This document shows, in pieces, positions 58,989 through 64,000 of a stretch of DNA of 64,000 bases. The notes beneath the pieces were generated by a model that made no database searches, had not been told where the DNA came from, and saw only the letters and a program-made list of their open reading frames with translations. Every line of letters starts with the position of its first letter. Position 1 is the first letter of the stretch. The stretch comes from Eukaryota sp. GEM-RC1 (lineage: Eukaryota). The stretch is from assembly GCA_040285855.1 (NCBI GenBank), contig JAUFOQ010000005.1:1922001-1986000 (forward strand), read 5' to 3'. Made by a program: the position numbers and the translations under genes.

Positions 58989-61900
58989 TGTTAGCCAAAG
59001 GTAATTGTATAGTATCAAGTAGGATTATTTCACTTTATAAACACCTTTATCTTACCTCTTTCACCAACAGGTATCAATAATTATTGTCTTGTGGTGAAAA
59101 GACGACAAGACATTAACTCTAGGCCTCAAGTTGAGGGAAGTCAGCTCATCGGAATATGCTTCTGATAGCTCCTCCTCATCTTCTTCTTCGTCATCCGGTG
59201 TAAGCCCTGATCTGTCAGGCAACCGAAGTCCCCCATCCAATACCGAAGGCGGAAGTCCTTCTCTCTTATCTTCGGAAGGCAGAGATAGGACTGGTATAAG
59301 ACCCTCATCCTTTACGGAAGGCGGCAGTCAAGGAGGCTCTACTTCCTCAGTCTTTGACATCGAGTCTTTGCTGAACAAGTTCAGACCTCCTGGAGGTTAC
59401 CAGCAACATTACGCTTCGACTTTGTCAGCTGCAACTAACCAGGAAATGGTTTCCTTCACTCCTCATGTTTCCTCACAAGGTACTCCTCTTAGTACCTCTT
59501 TTCAAAATAGTGTAGTTTTAGATAATAAAGATAATGTATCGGAAAGTATTCCATCTTCTCCTGTGAGATCAGCTGAAGTAGCAAAGGCAATTCGTCTTCT
59601 AGAAGAATCCTTAGCTAAGAGTAAGACCATGAGTGCAGAAGTTAGCAACAAACTTCTTGCTAAACAGGAACATAACCTTCAACGAATGCAAATGTCTGCT
59701 GAAGACTGTGCTCGTGAAGTGCAAAGACAGGTCGGGAGTGTTGGTATGGGTTTCCACCCTGATGCCATCCCTGATAGTCGAATTCCTTGGGTAAGTCCAC
59801 ATGATCAGACCGTTTCAATCTTTTACTCTGAAATGTGGCACCTAGCAAAGTTCCTTCCTTGGCAACCAATACTCAGATACCGTATGCCAGAAGGTAGGCA
59901 TCATCTTCTGCGCAACGTTCCACCTGGTCACTCACCTGAAGTTATTGAACAATTTCTAGGAAGTTGGTACAACAGGGAGTCTGAAGACACTTACAGGTAC
60001 CCAGCTGTCTGTTCTTGGGATCCTCGTCATGGGACCATCATTGAACCTCTTGAGCCAAAGTATGACGCTGATGGTATGTCTGTGGTGTACGAGTACACTG
60101 CGTGGTATCAGCACTGTTTGAATAACCAGTCGCAGATTTATCACAACGTGGCCATAAGTACTGAGTGGTTGTCCCCCAATCACAATTACAGTCACTTACC
60201 GGTTTCGACTTTCCAAAACGGAAACTCGACTACTCGTGTCCCGAATGTTGAGTTCACTCGAATCATACCTTTTCAAGGTATTGGTGGCTCTCAGAGAGTT
60301 CTCCCACTTGCAGCTGGTGCTCTAAGTGAGAATGCAACTGACACACCAAAACAAGACGAGCTAAGCCGAACTCAACGACTTACTCCCTTTGCTCCAGGTG
60401 GAATCGAACATCCTGAAGTTGTTGACAGGTTCTCAATTGATTCGTTCGGTTTCAGATCTCGTAATGATCATCGACCGCTAAATTCGACCAAGAGAAAGCT
60501 TGTCCCCGTTATGTTGCACGAATGGAACATGAAAATGTTTATCGCAAACCAGAATTCTTCGCTGATGGACACAACAATACCGAATCGTCGGTAATCTCTA
60601 AAAAGAACTTCTACGCCCTCGAAAGGAACGCACCGAAAGACTGATTGCCGAAGAGAAACGTCAGCGAGAAGGAGAAGCTCAATCGGTTGTGGTTGATGAT
60701 TTACCTCTCCCAATCGAAAATCATTTAAATCAAAGTTCTTCGTCTGAAGATGAACTCCCTGATAATGTTCTCCATGATTCCGCCATTCTTGCATCTGGTG
60801 TTACTCCCAAAGCAAAAAAACCAAAAAAGAAAGATTCGAAACATCGCCCTATTTTGAAGAACGACACCCGTGCTGAGGTGGTCAAATTCCTACATGATTT
60901 AAGCCACTGGGCTGTCCATACAAGGAAACAACCAGCTTACAGAGGCTTCGACATGTGGCTTGGCAAAGCCAAGAACAGGTTTGATTTCGCCAGAACAGCC
61001 CTTTGCGAAGTGGACCCAGAAGGAGTAAGTGGTGTCATTGACCAAACAACCTTGTCCACTTGGAAAATGATGGATGCTATTGGTAGTAACGACACTGATG
61101 CTGTTTCCCTAGAACAATCCATCTGGAGACTGCTAGTCGACAAAAGCCAATTCTCTTCAACAACCGCAGCATCAAGTGCTCTGAAATCCATCCGTCTAGG
61201 AAATGCTAAAGACCCCCTTGAATGCATCGAGAACTATCTCTGCAACATAATCCGGTCTCTAAAGTGCTCGATGGCAATTCCCACCATCTCGAGCGACCCA
61301 ACTGATAGGGATCACCTCCATGCGTCAATAGTCGCCGACATCATCTTGGCCACTTTCAACCCTAAACAGGACATTGTTGCTCTGAATGAGTTACAAGTCC
61401 GTTGGGATCAAAAGCTGAAGTCGGATGATAGCCTCCTTCCCCGATTTTTCAACGAAGTTAAAGGAATTTGGATCACCTACACATGAGATCTACTGCTGTA
61501 GCTGCTCCTCCTGCTAACCGTCGTGATATGAGACATGTCCCACCTAGAAATCGTGGTCCCCAATCTAAAAGAAATGACCCCCCAAATGCTAAGACCTCAG
61601 TTAAGTGTTACAACTGTGGCAAACCAGGTCATTTATCCTCTGAGTGCCGTCGTAATAAGAACAGTATAACCTCCATAGACCAAAGTGGAAAGCCCCTAAA
61701 ACGTAGGTCCGGTGATAGCTTTAGTGGTCAATCAGACCAATCTAATCGTAATTTTAACAATAAATCAAATAACTATATTTTTCAAATTACAGTTGACAAC
61801 ACAAAACACGCTACACCAGTAAAGTACATGAACCCATTGGCTGCTTTGAACACACATTCAAGCAAGGGTAGAAGTACGTCATCTGTTGAAACAATTCGCA

Positions 61901-64000
61901 GTCTCAACCAGAACTTAGGGATCGAGTCACAGGACAACGGTTCCTTATGTATTCGATTGTTGATTAACAATGAGCCAGTGATAGGTGAGTTTGACTCTGC
62001 AGCTTCGTGCTCAGTCATTTCTCAAGATTTAGTGCGTCACTGTGAGATGACAACTACTGACAGTTGTATTGAATACATCTCAGCGAACAACATTCGCGCA
62101 ACATCCTTAGGTAGTGCATTAGGTGTTCTGACGTTCAACGTTGATAGTCTAGCTAACCAGATTCATATTAAGCATACTCTCCCAGTAGTACCTGGTACCA
62201 AAATACTCCCTGATAGGCAGAGACTTACAAGAAGAACTGGGATTACCAACGGATGATGGTTTAGTCATTAGATTAGACGAGGAGCATCGCACTATTCTCA
62301 GTGCAGAGAGTGTATTCGATGGTAGAATGAAATCACCATGCGAATCAATCAGTAGTGTTCAATCAAATTCCTCAACAATAAATTTAAATATTGATTTGTG
62401 CGGCAACACTCAAACTAACATCAGTTTATTTGAAGAGATCGTTGACAACTCTGGTTGTACGATAGAATTGGATGACCCTAATAGAAGAAAGGAGCTTCTG
62501 AGCCTACTCAGTAAATACAAACAAGTGTTCTCTGAGGAGATACATCCAGATGGTATCGATTGTCCACCGATGACCATCCCTTTTTATGATGAAACTGTCA
62601 CTGTATTTCGTCCTCCTAGAAGGCTTAACCCTGAAAAACAGCGTATAGCCGAAGAAATTTTTAATGAACTTATACGACAAGGATGGGCTGTACCATCGAC
62701 GACTGGTAAGTTCAGTAGTCCCATTGTGCTTGTTGTCTACAACGACCACAAAAGAGGCCTCGTTTGACTGGTGACATCAGTGGACCAGACGGGATTAACG
62801 CTAATACCAGACCAGTGAAACCAAACTTACCACGGATCTGTGATGTTCTAGAGTTCCTTTCGAAAGCAAATTTCATTGGAACACTTGACCTTCCTAAAGC
62901 ATTCTGGCAGCTAAAGGTAGCTGAGAAAGATGTCGAGAAGACCAGTGTATCTATACCTGGAATGTCAATTAGCTTCAAACGAGCATGTTTTGGTTTGAAA
63001 AACGTACCAGCAATTTTCCAAAACATCATGATGGAAATATTCGATGTGGAAGGTGTATTCATTTATATAGACGATATAATTGTAGTAGGTGACACTTTCG
63101 AACAGTTTATTTCAAGAATAAATCTAGTACTGGAACGAGCAGAACGTTTTAGAGTACGGATTGGATTACGGAAGTGTAGGTTCACCACTTGAAAACATCC
63201 TAATAAGATTCTGGGCAGCAATTTATGCAAAAAAACCCGTAGCATTGATGAGAACAGAGTTTCGGCTTTGATTGAGCTTCCAGCTCCCTCAACATTACCC
63301 GAGGTAAGAAGTTTACTTGGTGCATTAAATTATGTTCGTGAATGGATTGCGAATTATTCAAATTTGACTGCCCCAATCAATGAACTCAATCGTGGAAAAC
63401 CCAAGAAAATCCTTTGGACGAAAGACCATGATGCTTTACTTACACAATTAAAGTCTGAGATAAAAGATCACATGGAACTTGATTTACCTGATACTGATAA
63501 GAATATTATCATATCAACTGATGCATCCAACATTGCGGTTGGTGGTGTGATCTGGCAGGAAGAAAATCCCCCAGCTCCTCCAGGTACTCCGTTAGAAGAA
63601 CGTAGAGTCAGACATGTGTCTTTTTGTAGCCGTTTACTCAATGATAGTCAACAGAATTGGGCAACTATCCAGAAAGAGTTGTATGCCATTCTCTTGATTC
63701 TGACCGAATCTAGTTTAGAAGGTTTCCTGTTAAGTAGGCACTTGACGATCTTTACTGATTATAGGAACCTTGCCTATCTCATATCAGCTCCAGAGAAGAA
63801 TCGCATTGTGAAACGATAATTTCCCATTTTATCTGAGTTTGATTTTGAGATTGTGCATGTAGCTGGTACAAACAATCACTGTGCTGACATTTTGTCACGT
63901 GTCATTGACCGACGTCCAGTTGAATCAATCAAATCTTTGATGATCTCAAATCTGTCCATCAAAAATGATATAACCCTTTCTCACGAAGGCTTACGCTATG
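58989..64000 (+). mobile_element. Ty3/Gypsy LTR retrotransposon, decayed, runs off the window
   Basis: Gag knuckle CYNCGKPGHLSSEC, protease FDSAASCSVI, RT (FSSPIVLV, LDLPKAFWQ, FGLKNVP, YIDD) and RNase H (TDAS, ELYAI, TDY, ADILSR) in PR-RT-RH order. Multiple frameshifts and stops. Candidate LTR TGTT..AACA at 58989-59069. Confidence 0.92.
59131..60594 (+). CDS. Extra ORF or N-terminal Gag extension of the Gypsy element
   Basis: 487-aa frame: Ser-rich start, coiled coil, then an aromatic/Pro-rich globular part, upstream of the capsid-like ORF 60689-61486. Confidence 0.6.
   Translation: MREVSSSEYASDSSSSSSSSSSGVSPDLSGNRSPPSNTEGGSPSLLSSEGRDRTGIRPSSFTEGGSQGGSTSSVFDIESLLNKFRPPGGYQQHYASTLSAATNQEMVSFTPHVSSQGTPLSTSFQNSVVLDNKDNVSESIPSSPVRSAEVAKAIRLLEESLAKSKTMSAEVSNKLLAKQEHNLQRMQMSAEDCAREVQRQVGSVGMGFHPDAIPDSRIPWVSPHDQTVSIFYSEMWHLAKFLPWQPILRYRMPEGRHHLLRNVPPGHSPEVIEQFLGSWYNRESEDTYRYPAVCSWDPRHGTIIEPLEPKYDADGMSVVYEYTAWYQHCLNNQSQIYHNVAISTEWLSPNHNYSHLPVSTFQNGNSTTRVPNVEFTRIIPFQGIGGSQRVLPLAAGALSENATDTPKQDELSRTQRLTPFAPGGIEHPEVVDRFSIDSFGFRSRNDHRPLNSTKRKLVPVMLHEWNMKMFIANQNSSLMDTTIPNRR

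Noticed and set aside
4639..63819. Alternative genetic code (TAA/TAG read as Gln), suggested by in-frame TAA/TAG in the MULE, Fanzor, accessory and Gypsy ORFs
   Set aside because: Host genes end normally at TAA/TAG (MFS, dehydrogenase, SGNH) and long host ORFs lack internal TAR codons. The Gypsy TAA at 63817 replaces a normally conserved Trp, which indicates decay.

Overview
AT-rich eukaryotic nuclear DNA from a flagellated, intron-poor protist. The evidence is an axonemal dynein intermediate chain, a TmcB-like protein, and 26-31 nt GT-AG introns whose branch point sits right at the 3' splice site, as in metamonads; the taxonomy is inference only. A compact host-gene block (8-27 kb) holds a D-2-hydroxyacid dehydrogenase, a ~1300-codon GT2 glycan synthase, a TmcB-like protein, an SGNH hydrolase and DNAI1. 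Elsewhere are a tRNA-Gly, an EamA transporter and three near-identical MFS transporters. These genes sit among many mobile elements: a MULE transposase inside CAGTG-type termini, hAT-type MITEs (three with 8-bp TSDs), a PIF1-helicase/MULE region with cargo ORFs, a two-ORF DD34E IS630/Tc1 element, decayed RLE-type non-LTR retroelements and a Ty3/Gypsy element. The main finding is a Fanzor1 (eukaryotic TnpB-like RNA-guided nuclease) element at ~21.6-23.6 kb that the ORF track splits into pieces. It keeps all three RuvC motifs, has candidate TA-flanked CACT..AGTG ends, and has a hairpin-rich 3' end that could be its omegaRNA, directly upstream of DNAI1. A 2A ribosome-skipping peptide (DVESNPGP) lies ahead of a Cys/His-rich ORF. 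Many single-base frameshifts at homopolymers, even in DNAI1, suggest uncorrected assembly indels.
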